A stretch of 20,000 bases of DNA from an uncultured virus (IMG/VR IMGVR_UViG_3300031963_000091) (taxonomy: Duplodnaviria; Heunggongvirae; Uroviricota; Caudoviricetes), in the IMG/VR virus record IMGVR_UViG_3300031963_000091. One strand, 5' to 3'. The translations under genes and the position numbers were made by a program. Positions 1-6,079 of this stretch are shown here, one piece after another. The notes under the pieces are model-generated. The model was given only the letters and a program-made list of their open reading frames with translations, ran no database searches and had not been told where the DNA came from. Within the stretch, counting starts at the first letter, position 1. Each line of letters begins with the position of its first letter.

Positions 1-426
1 AAACCCCCGCTCATCATCATTCCATTCGGGCATTGCCTGATACTTTTTCAGAACTTCATTCAGTTCCTCAATCAGGCAGGCAAACAATTCACGCTTGCTT
101 TTTTTGACTACATCATCAGCGAAGAAAACTGTCGTCTCATTGTACTTCTTACTGCTGAACACATAAACTACACCTTCCTTCGGCAATCCGCCATTGTAGG
201 TAGGATATGCCTGTTTAGAAGACTTACACTCAATGTCGTAAGTTTTGCCGTTGTAGTGTACCCGAAAGTCAGGAGAGTTCTGAATTCCGTTAGGTTGTGC
301 TTCATACTCCAGGTTATACTTTTTCAGAAGTTCTTCAACCTGGTTCTCATGATGCGAATTGTCTTGAGAATTGCTGGCATACTTGAGATCCAGGCACTCA
401 ATGAAGAATTGATTCAGTGTAGACAT
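1..426 (-). CDS. PD-(D/E)XK restriction-endonuclease-like protein (3' end outside window)
   Basis: Hand translation from ATG at 426 (GAGGAG just upstream): MSTLNQFFIECLDLKY...QPNGIQNSPDFRVHYNGKTYDIECKSSKQAYPTYNGGLPKEGVVYVFSSKK...; PD...ECK catalytic motif; open to the window edge. Confidence 0.75.
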   Translation of the reverse strand, partial: MSTLNQFFIECLDLKYASNSQDNSHHENQVEELLKKYNLEYEAQPNGIQNSPDFRVHYNGKTYDIECKSSKQAYPTYNGGLPKEGVVYVFSSKKYNETTVFFADDVVKKSKRELFACLIEELNEVLKKYQAMPEWNDDERGF

Positions 427-493
427 TTGTACTCCTCGGACTTGATTGCCCGTTGTAAGTGTGTGGGGTTCGTTTCCTCCCCCCGATGAACAT

Positions 494-554
494 AGTATGG
501 CACCCCCTGCGGGTCAAATCAACAGGGTGTGTGCCACCTTCTCAACTGGCACAC
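494..554 (-). promoter_or_regulatory. Palindromic early promoter, copy 1
   Basis: GTGTGCCA-N10-TGGCACAC at 529-554, then TTGATT-N17-CATACT on the minus strand. Confidence 0.8.
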
Positions 555-1438
555 TGAAAGCGTCCGTGGTTGAAGTTAGCGTTAGAAAAGACCTCACGAT
601 TGACCAGTTTGAACATACCAAACTCATTGGTCAACACATAACCTTCGGCATCGATTCTGTTGCCGTAGAGGTATGCTGCGGGACCATCATTGCGGCACAG
701 GTAGAGGCAGTCGTCTTTGATAGACTTCACCAGTGCCCACAAACGCAGCAGGTTAGCATCACAATCAAAGTCGTCGGGGTTGACTTCTTCACCAGCACGA
801 ATGCAGGCATTGATCTGTTGCTTAATCTTCTCTGCTTCCTTAACAGTTACAAAGGTGGCAGTGGTTGCCATCTGACGGGCAAACTGACAGACTTCCTCTA
901 CATCGGCAAAAGACGATTGACCATGAGCAATGTATGCATCAGGTTTCACAAACTTGATGTGATCCGTATCATCCCAGGTTGCACGGTCAGGATACGCTAC
1001 GGCATCACGAAGATCGCTCTCAGCGTAATAGCAAGTGTGAGGGGCGATGATGATACTTTGCGTGACAATCTCAGGGAACTGATAAGTCAGCAGGTTGGAT
1101 TTGTACTCAGAAAGTCCACCGAAACCGATGAAGTCTGCCTGATAGATGGTGCTCAAGCGAGGCAGATAATCAAAGCAAGCATGAAGGATCTCTGCAACAT
1201 TGCCATCATAGAATTGATCAATCTCCTCATGACTGTGGGCAATACGAATCTTCTTTTTGTTGAATACTGCTTTAGTGCCAACGAAGAATGTATCAGTGGC
1301 AGGATCAGTTCCCCATACAATTGCGGGGGCACCGTCCATCTTCACCGACAGGGTGCCAGGGGTCACGAACCAATCCAGCACGGAGAGGTCCCCCGTCAGG
1401 ATGGTATCTTCGGCGTGTTCGAGGTGGGTGTTCTTCAT
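542..1438 (-). CDS. ATP-dependent ligase/nucleotidyltransferase-fold protein (cyanophage MKNTHLEH family, DUF6267-like)
   Basis: Likely true start is MKNTHLEH at 1438, 6 nt after TATACT. Motifs SVKMDG (I, KxDG), YQADF (III), EGYVL (IV) and FKLV (V) appear in ligase order. Confidence 0.65.
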   Translation of the reverse strand: MKNTHLEHAEDTILTGDLSVLDWFVTPGTLSVKMDGAPAIVWGTDPATDTFFVGTKAVFNKKKIRIAHSHEEIDQFYDGNVAEILHACFDYLPRLSTIYQADFIGFGGLSEYKSNLLTYQFPEIVTQSIIIAPHTCYYAESDLRDAVAYPDRATWDDTDHIKFVKPDAYIAHGQSSFADVEEVCQFARQMATTATFVTVKEAEKIKQQINACIRAGEEVNPDDFDCDANLLRLWALVKSIKDDCLYLCRNDGPAAYLYGNRIDAEGYVLTNEFGMFKLVNREVFSNANFNHGRFQCAS

Positions 1439-1444
1439 GTAGGT

Positions 1445-1503
1445 AGTATAGGGTGCCTGGGGGTCCTGTGGCGGTTTGGTGGACACCTCACGAAGTGGCA
1501 CAC
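1445..1503 (-). promoter_or_regulatory. Palindromic early promoter, copy 2 (minus direction, leaderless)
   Basis: Minus strand GTGTGCCA-N10-TGTCCAC (1503-1479); TATACT at 1450-1445; no canonical -35. Confidence 0.8.
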
Positions 1504-1538
1504 AGGCAGCCGCTTCGCTCCCCATGTGGTCTTATAAT
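1479..1538 (+). promoter_or_regulatory. Divergent plus-strand promoter sharing palindrome copy 2
   Basis: TATAAT at 1533-1538, 37 nt from the TG of the right half-site (1496), the same geometry as the minus-strand copies. Confidence 0.6.
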
Positions 1539-1540
1539 AA

Positions 1541-1612
1541 GGGCACAAGCGAAGGAGGTGCGGGGTAGCACTGATGACGAAAACCATCGCCACCGAACCT
1601 GCCAAAAAATAA
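1541..1612 (+). ncRNA. Candidate structured small RNA (or 12-aa peptide MTKTIATEPAKK, 1574-1612)
   Basis: GC-rich intergenic stretch after TATAAT; hairpins GGTGC/GCACT (1557-1572) and GATG/CATC (1573-1588); contains AAGGAGGT. Confidence 0.4.
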
Positions 1613-1626
1613 TAATAAAAAAGTAT

Positions 1627-1651
1627 AAAAAAAGGGAGGCAATCGCCCCCC
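1627..1651 (-). terminator. Rho-independent terminator
   Basis: Minus strand GGGGGGC-GATT-GCCTCCC-TTTTTTT, directly after the stop at 1658. Confidence 0.85.
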
Positions 1652-1657
1652 GATTCT

Positions 1658-2005
1658 TTATGCGAACATGAAACCATCTTGGAAATCGTAGCAGTTAAAC
1701 ACAGGAGAAGATCCTGCCTGCCCGATGAACTTGTGAACGAACCAATTGAAGTTCTTTTGGAATACACATTCGCCTGCAATTCCGTGCTCACGAAGAATAG
1801 CATTCAGACGGGACTTGGTGGTGTTAGACTGATACCCACCGTCGAAGATCTGAACGAAGTCATCACCAATGGTAGCGATGTGGTTGCCGTACAGATACAC
1901 TTTAGACTCGTTAGTTTCAGGGTCAAAGGTAACTTTGGTGTTGTCTTTCTGCCAGTCCTGGTTGTTAAGAATGGCAACGTTCATTTCGCGTTCGATCTTA
2001 CGCAT
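1658..2005 (-). CDS. Hypothetical phage early protein (MRKIEREM...TTKSRLNAIL)
   Basis: Track ORF 1658..2059; start moved to the ATG at 2005 because the upstream codons lie in the promoter. Confidence 0.85.
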   Translation of the reverse strand: MRKIEREMNVAILNNQDWQKDNTKVTFDPETNESKVYLYGNHIATIGDDFVQIFDGGYQSNTTKSRLNAILREHGIAGECVFQKNFNWFVHKFIGQAGSSPVFNCYDFQDGFMFA

Positions 2006-2030
2006 GAGTCTGTGAGGTGCGAACAAAGGT

Positions 2031-2088
2031 AGTATGGGACGGATCGGGGGGAAAGTCAAGAGGGAGTGGACACCCTCTCAACTGTCAC
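2031..2088 (-). promoter_or_regulatory. Palindromic early promoter, copy 3
   Basis: GTGACA-N10-TGTCCAC, then TTGACT-N17-CATACT. Confidence 0.85.
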
Positions 2089-2258
2089 AGGAAGGTGGAA
2101 GGATCCCCGTAGTCTCCGACGATGTTGCCGAAGCAGTCACGGATCTCAGCGTACCCGAACTCTTCAGAGAGGTCCAGGCAGATCAGCATGGCACGATCCA
2201 GGTCGGTCGTGGTCTCATTCTGCTCAGGGGCAGAGGGGCAGAGGATTTCGTAAGTCAT
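2085..2258 (-). CDS. Hypothetical acidic protein, 57 aa, leaderless
   Basis: Hand translation MTYEILCPSAPEQNETTTDLDRAMLICLDLSEEFGYAEIRDCFGNIVGDYGDPSTFL; ATG 6 nt after TATAAT. Confidence 0.8.
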   Translation of the reverse strand: MTYEILCPSAPEQNETTTDLDRAMLICLDLSEEFGYAEIRDCFGNIVGDYGDPSTFL

Positions 2259-2264
2259 GCAGTC

Positions 2265-2323
2265 ATTATAGGCACAGGGTCGGACGGTTTGGGGGTCCTG
2301 GTGGACACTCTGCCAAGTGTCAC
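2265..2323 (-). promoter_or_regulatory. Palindromic early promoter, copy 4
   Basis: GTGACA-N10-TGTCCAC (2323-2301); TATAAT at 2270-2265. Confidence 0.85.
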
Positions 2324-2493
2324 ATATTAAAAAGTGCGGTGATCTTGTCTGCGATAGAGTAGTAATCCTCTACAGGATCCTGTTCTTCATCTTCACAGAA
2401 TTGAACATTGTTAGAAACAAGATTGAAGATCAAATCCCATTCAGATGCAGTAAAGAACTCTTTGACTGCGTGCTTACCAACAGCGTCATTCAT
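2320..2493 (-). CDS. Hypothetical small helical protein
   Basis: Track ORF with start moved to the ATG at 2493 (MNDAVGKHAVKEFFTASEWDLIF...). Confidence 0.75.
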   Translation of the reverse strand: MNDAVGKHAVKEFFTASEWDLIFNLVSNNVQFCEDEEQDPVEDYYSIADKITALFNM

Positions 2494-2500
2494 GATAGAT

Positions 2501-2626
2501 TCAGTAATCAATGTTTCCGTTCAGATACTCATTCACATCGAACTTTTCATCTTTGAGTTCAGGAATGTCCATGTCAAAGATCTCTCCAGGCATGTCCTGA
2601 ATCTCACTCCAAAGTTCATCAAACAT
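2501..2626 (-). CDS. Hypothetical acidic protein, 41 aa
   Basis: Hand translation MFDELWSEIQDMPGEIFDMDIPELKDEKFDVNEYLNGNIDY; directly downstream of promoter copy 5. Confidence 0.75.
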   Translation of the reverse strand: MFDELWSEIQDMPGEIFDMDIPELKDEKFDVNEYLNGNIDY

Positions 2627-2650
2627 GGTTCAGTTCCGAACGACAGAAGT

Positions 2651-2709
2651 ACAATACACGGGATGGGGGGTCAACACAAGGGGGTGTGTGCCACTTTCCC
2701 AACTGGCAC
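2651..2709 (-). promoter_or_regulatory. Palindromic early promoter, copy 5
   Basis: GTGCCA-N10-TGGCAC; TTGTGT-N17-TATTGT. Confidence 0.8.
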
Positions 2710-2718
2710 AAGAGTTTC

Positions 2719-2853
2719 TTATACAAACTCTTCGATGTAGTAATCCAGAGGCACTTCAAGTTCGGCAGCATTCTTCTCCCATGCTGCCCATTCTTCGGGG
2801 GAAGCATCATTCAGGAAATCTTCTCTGGTATACTCAAAAGCAGGACCACACAT
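2719..2853 (-). CDS. Hypothetical protein, 44 aa (DYYxEEFV C-terminus)
   Basis: MCGPAFEYTREDFLNDASPEEWAAWEKNAAELEVPLDYYIEEFV; start moved to the ATG at 2853. Confidence 0.75.
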   Translation of the reverse strand: MCGPAFEYTREDFLNDASPEEWAAWEKNAAELEVPLDYYIEEFV

Positions 2854-2879
2854 GAACAAGAATTCCGATCGACAAGGTA

Positions 2880-2938
2880 AACATAACCCACCTGGTGGCA
2901 TTAATCAAGGGGTCTTGTGACACTTCCGCAATTGGCAC
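2880..2938 (-). promoter_or_regulatory. Palindromic early promoter, copy 6
   Basis: GTGCCA-N10-TGTCAC; TTGATT-N17-TATGTT. Confidence 0.8.
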
Positions 2939-2950
2939 AGTAATATTGCC

Positions 2951-2980
2951 ATTCTCAATAAGAGTACTACTATTGAGAAT
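2951..2980. repeat. Inverted repeat ATTCTCAATA-N10-TATTGAGAAT (left copy)
   Basis: Perfect 10-bp arms; identical arms and spacer length recur at 3714-3743. Confidence 0.9.
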
Positions 2981-3006
2981 CAATAAGATCTTCTAATTGA
3001 GAATAA

Positions 3007-3030
3007 GATCCAATCTCCAAACTGGCACAC
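3007..3030. repeat. Degenerate palindrome, copy 7
   Basis: GATCCA-N10-TGGCACAC; no clear minus-strand -10 at the usual distance. Confidence 0.5.
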
Positions 3031-3188
3031 TAGAAGAGATCAGTGTAGTCTTTGATGCTAACATGTACATCTTCATCACATTCTAGATCCAAAAGATCTC
3101 TCCAATTGAGATCTTCTAGGTCTAGATCATCATAACACATGAGATCTAGTGTAATGCGTACCATACGCTTCGTATGTGCGGCAGGCAT
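3030..3188 (-). CDS. Hypothetical acidic (DL-rich) protein, 52 aa
   Basis: Hand translation MPAAHTKRMVRITLDLMCYDDLDLEDLNWRDLLDLECDEDVHVSIKDYTDLF. Confidence 0.6.
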   Translation of the reverse strand: MPAAHTKRMVRITLDLMCYDDLDLEDLNWRDLLDLECDEDVHVSIKDYTDLF

Positions 3189-3219
3189 GTGATTCTCGTG
3201 CGATGTTTACTAGATTGTA

Positions 3220-3369
3220 TTATGCATAGTGACGATACGCAAGCGATTCATAATCTTGCCCATCTCGTGCGTAATCTTCATCTAGATCTAGATCTTGTGC
3301 ATAATACTCGTCTAGATCGTATGTGTAATCTGTTGCATATGTGTAGTCGAGATCGTAGTCGTCGTACAT
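3220..3369 (-). CDS. Asp/Tyr-rich peptide, 49 aa
   Basis: Hand translation MYDDYDLDYTYATDYTYDLDEYYAQDLDLDEDYARDGQDYESLAYRHYA; first ORF after a consensus sigma70 promoter. Confidence 0.65.
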   Translation of the reverse strand: MYDDYDLDYTYATDYTYDLDEYYAQDLDLDEDYARDGQDYESLAYRHYA

Positions 3370-3400
3370 AAGCTCGTCGAGATTTGTATGATGCTTTGTT

Positions 3401-3430
3401 ATTATAGCAGATATCTCGTCTAAATGTCAA
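3401..3430 (-). promoter_or_regulatory. Consensus sigma70 promoter
   Basis: TTGACA-N18-TATAAT with a TG extension. Confidence 0.85.
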
Positions 3431-3444
3431 GTAGACTATAAGAT

Positions 3445-3487
3445 CTAGACGAGATTCTCATAAGATTATATATGAGATCTCGTCGAG
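3445..3487. repeat. Long imperfect inverted repeat carrying CTCGTC(T/G)AG iteron-like units
   Basis: CTAGACGAGATTCTCATA-N8-TATGAGATCTCGTCGAG; related units lie near 3307, 3373, 3414 and 3518. Confidence 0.75.
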
Positions 3488-3546
3488 TTTTGTGTGGTTC
3501 TCGTAATATTTTATGGGTCTCGTCTAGATTTTTGCGGGCGGCGGAC

Positions 3547-3575
3547 TTGACAAACTGCGCGTCTTATGATACGCT
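3547..3575 (+). promoter_or_regulatory. Plus-strand sigma70-like promoter facing the tandem repeats
   Basis: TTGACA-N17-TACGCT with a TG extension; no convincing plus-strand ORF downstream. Confidence 0.5.
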
Positions 3576-3612
3576 GGCAAAGGTTGCATCAGACACGGTG
3601 GTTTCTATAAGG

Positions 3613-3689
3613 ATTATAAGAGGATTATAAGAGAATTATAAGAGAATTATAAGAGAATTAGAAGAGGATTATAAGAGAATTAGAAGACT
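3613..3689. repeat. Seven tandem 11-bp repeats, consensus ATTATAAGAGA
   Basis: Units start at 3613, 3624, 3635, 3646, 3657, 3668 and 3679. Confidence 0.95.
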
Positions 3690-3690
3690 T

Positions 3691-3743
3691 ATTCTCAATT
3701 ATATTCTCAATTGATTCTCAATAATTATCATCTTATTGAGAAT
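3691..3743. repeat. Three ATTCTCAAT direct repeats ending in ATTCTCAATA-N10-TATTGAGAAT (right copy)
   Basis: ATTCTCAAT at 3691, 3703 and 3714; inverted arm at 3734-3743. Confidence 0.9.
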
Positions 3744-3806
3744 CATATAATTCACAATAATATATTTAAAATACCTTTTTTTAATTAAATTTAACCTATT
3801 TTTACT

Positions 3807-4232
3807 CTATTCGGCAATAAAATCCCACATTTCACCATTCCAACTCCATCTACTATCCCTCCATCCATATACCTGTCCTACCTCTGGATTGATAGGAAAC
3901 TTTGGTCCATCATTCTCCGTTGTTTTACCTTCTACTCTATCCATTACCTTCTCAAACTCACCATTGATCCAATCACTATCAGACACTTTCCACTTATCAA
4001 TCGGACATGAATCTAATGCGAAACTTGCCTTTTGATCCAGGAAGCAACCACAGTGTGTACATCTAATCTGTTCTGGATCATAATACTCACAGGTAGAACA
4101 AATGTCTAATCGTTGTTGCTTAACCTCTGGTGATACAAACAAAGCATTAGATGAGAATGCCTGCTTGACAACTTCAAATGTGAACTTGGCAAGATTCTTA
4201 CCTTGTTCTGGTAATGATGGATATTCATTCAT
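3807..4232 (-). CDS. Cys-rich metal-binding protein (DUF6171-like)
   Basis: RLDICSTC...RCTHCGC...SCPIDKW pattern; C-terminal FPxNPxxGQVY..W.WNG..W motif. Confidence 0.7.
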   Translation of the reverse strand: MNEYPSLPEQGKNLAKFTFEVVKQAFSSNALFVSPEVKQQRLDICSTCEYYDPEQIRCTHCGCFLDQKASFALDSCPIDKWKVSDSDWINGEFEKVMDRVEGKTTENDGPKFPINPEVGQVYGWRDSRWSWNGEMWDFIAE

Positions 4233-4240
4233 TGGTTACT

Positions 4241-5368
4241 TTATGGTTGATATAATCCCTTAATTGTAGCAGAGTTTATCGTTCCTGTCACGCTATAATT
4301 GCTTCCTGTAATTGCTCTTCCTGATGATCCACCTGCTCCTGTATTATTTGTATTTCCACCAGATGCTCCCCAGTTTCCTCCATTACCACCAGTCTCTCCT
4401 GTCTGTCCAGTACCACCATAACTTGGGCATCCACCAGTGGTTCCTACTGTTCCTGTTGCTCCATCAGTTCTGGTTTGATTGTATCCCTGTCCTAATCCAC
4501 CATTACCACCAACACCACCAGGAGCTCCAGGTACACCATAGTTTGTATCTACTCTACAATTGGTTGAACACGTCTTATTTCTACATCCACCCTTTCCACC
4601 ACAGTTACAATTATTACCACCTGCCTGATTATAACCTACGGCATAACCAGGACTACATCCAGGGCAACCTCCACAGTTTGTACCAGTCGTATAAAAACTG
4701 GTGCTAGTACATGTACCAGAAGATCCAGTATCACCAGTCTTTCCTTTCTCTCCACCTCCACCGCCACCATAGATGTTTGCTGGGGACTGAACATTAACAG
4801 TCACTTCAGAACCAGTGGACTGAACATAAAGAGCAGGTCCACCATTTCCTCCACTGATAGAATCTGATGTGCCGTTTGCTCCACCAGCACCATAGATTCC
4901 ACCAGAGACATTCACTTCTAAATTATAAACCTCGGCAAGAAGATAGGCAGCATATTGGGATACATTAGAAGATCCAATCGTACCGTTCAGATACATGTAC
5001 TTGCGTACATTCTTGTTAAGATTAGAGTTCCAGGACTGTGATCCAATATTGAATCCAGGAGATGATAATGAGGAACTATTATCATCGGTTCCTGTCTGGG
5101 TAATAAAATAATACTTGATTGAATTACGGAACTGTGATAACTTTAAATTTGATGATGATGAAATACTTGCATTTTCGGTCGCATCAGGTACAGTCGGATT
5201 CGTATTTGATGAACTCGTATTTCTTCTTAATTCAGATGCCTTAATTGGTAATGTATCAGATGAGAAACTACCATCGGATTGTTGGGCACGGAAGTTAGAT
5301 CTTAATGATGAGAAAGAAATACTTCCAGAACTATAATATGGTCCTGCTTTGGTGACTGTTGCCGACAT
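4241..5368 (-). CDS. Glycine-rich tail-fibre tip/adhesin-like protein (T-even gp38-like architecture)
   Basis: N-terminal SSGSISFSSLR motif; GGIYGAGG, GGNGGPAL, IYGGGGGG and GAGGSSGRAI poly-Gly motifs; Cys-rich insert. Confidence 0.7.
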   Translation of the reverse strand: MSATVTKAGPYYSSGSISFSSLRSNFRAQQSDGSFSSDTLPIKASELRRNTSSSNTNPTVPDATENASISSSSNLKLSQFRNSIKYYFITQTGTDDNSSSLSSPGFNIGSQSWNSNLNKNVRKYMYLNGTIGSSNVSQYAAYLLAEVYNLEVNVSGGIYGAGGANGTSDSISGGNGGPALYVQSTGSEVTVNVQSPANIYGGGGGGEKGKTGDTGSSGTCTSTSFYTTGTNCGGCPGCSPGYAVGYNQAGGNNCNCGGKGGCRNKTCSTNCRVDTNYGVPGAPGGVGGNGGLGQGYNQTRTDGATGTVGTTGGCPSYGGTGQTGETGGNGGNWGASGGNTNNTGAGGSSGRAITGSNYSVTGTINSATIKGLYQP

Positions 5369-5393
5369 TCTTGTGTCTTATGTCATTATGAAC

Positions 5394-5645
5394 CTATTTA
5401 GATTCATAGATGTCATTTCGGGTTTTGACATACTTCAATTGTTTCCAGGACTCTGGATAGCAAATCACCAGTGTTCTTTCATTCCGATGATAAGTTCCAT
5501 GAGGTAGATCTTCTGGATGTTTTGGATAAACCTTCGTCTCAATAGTAAGATAATCATTATCCTTAAAATACACCCATCCTTCTACACTGAACTTACCCTT
5601 TTCCCACAGTACATAATCATTTACCTGGGGGATGTATGTGCTCAT
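5394..5645 (-). CDS. Hypothetical cyanophage protein
   Basis: Track ORF; ATGA overlap with the upstream gene. Confidence 0.8.
   Translation of the reverse strand: MSTYIPQVNDYVLWEKGKFSVEGWVYFKDNDYLTIETKVYPKHPEDLPHGTYHRNERTLVICYPESWKQLKYVKTRNDIYESK
5395..5401 (-). promoter_or_regulatory. Possible T4-type late promoter (CTAAATA variant)
   Basis: CTAAATA 26 nt upstream of the adhesin-like ATG. Confidence 0.45.
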
Positions 5646-5923
5646 AGAAATGCCAATTCTAATGGATTGAGATTAAGTTGCATCGCACTATAAGGAGTCG
5701 TTTTGTCTATATCAACAATGGATCCGACTGTACTGGAGTTGATAGGGGCATGGTATTCTCTTGTCTTGGTATTATAGAATCCCCAGATACAACGGACGGG
5801 ATCACCAAGATTGTAATCAAACCTACGGTCATAATGAATCCAGACAGCAACAACATTGCGTTTGTGGTTTGTTTGCTCATAATACATTCCCTTTGGTGCC
5901 TTGTGAGGAAACTCAATCATCAT
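5642..5923 (-). CDS. Hypothetical cyanophage protein (FPHKAPKG...)
   Basis: Track ORF in the tightly packed operon. Confidence 0.8.
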   Translation of the reverse strand: MMIEFPHKAPKGMYYEQTNHKRNVVAVWIHYDRRFDYNLGDPVRCIWGFYNTKTREYHAPINSSTVGSIVDIDKTTPYSAMQLNLNPLELAFL

Positions 5924-6077
5924 GGTCTGGTGTTGCTTTCAAATCGTTTGGATTGTCACCGTTGAGAACATATTCATTCAGAATCGCATCACACTGTTCT
6001 TTTGTCAGTTTCCGATGAACAACCTCCCATCCAGAAGTAAAGTGTTGCCAGATCTTATACAATTGCTGTTCAGTCAT
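5913..6077 (-). CDS. Hypothetical protein, 54 aa
   Basis: Hand translation MTEQQLYKIWQHFTSGWEVVHRKLTKEQCDAILNEYVLNGDNPNDLKATPDHDD; fills the gap. Confidence 0.75.
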   Translation of the reverse strand: MTEQQLYKIWQHFTSGWEVVHRKLTKEQCDAILNEYVLNGDNPNDLKATPDHDD

Positions 6078-6079
6078 AA

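Noticed and set aside
446..1537. 363-aa plus-strand ORF
   Set aside because: It is the antisense shadow of the ligase-like gene, has a non-ATG start and no motifs, and runs through two promoters. The other plus-strand track ORFs are rejected likewise.
1571..1582. Hammerhead ribozyme core (CTGATGA-C-GAAA)
   Set aside because: Only 1 nt lies where stem II must be and no stem I can form; kept only as an unspecified structured RNA.
529..3030. Palindromes as a CRISPR array or integron attC sites
   Set aside because: Copies are degenerate, 90-950 bp apart and mostly separated by genes. No cas or integrase gene is in the window, and the fixed -10 spacing fits promoters.
3613..3689. Tandem array as CRISPR or coding repeat
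   Set aside because: No spacers; the 11-bp period breaks frame and introduces stops.
4241..5368. Diversity-generating retroelement target
   Set aside because: No template repeat or reverse transcriptase is visible in the window.
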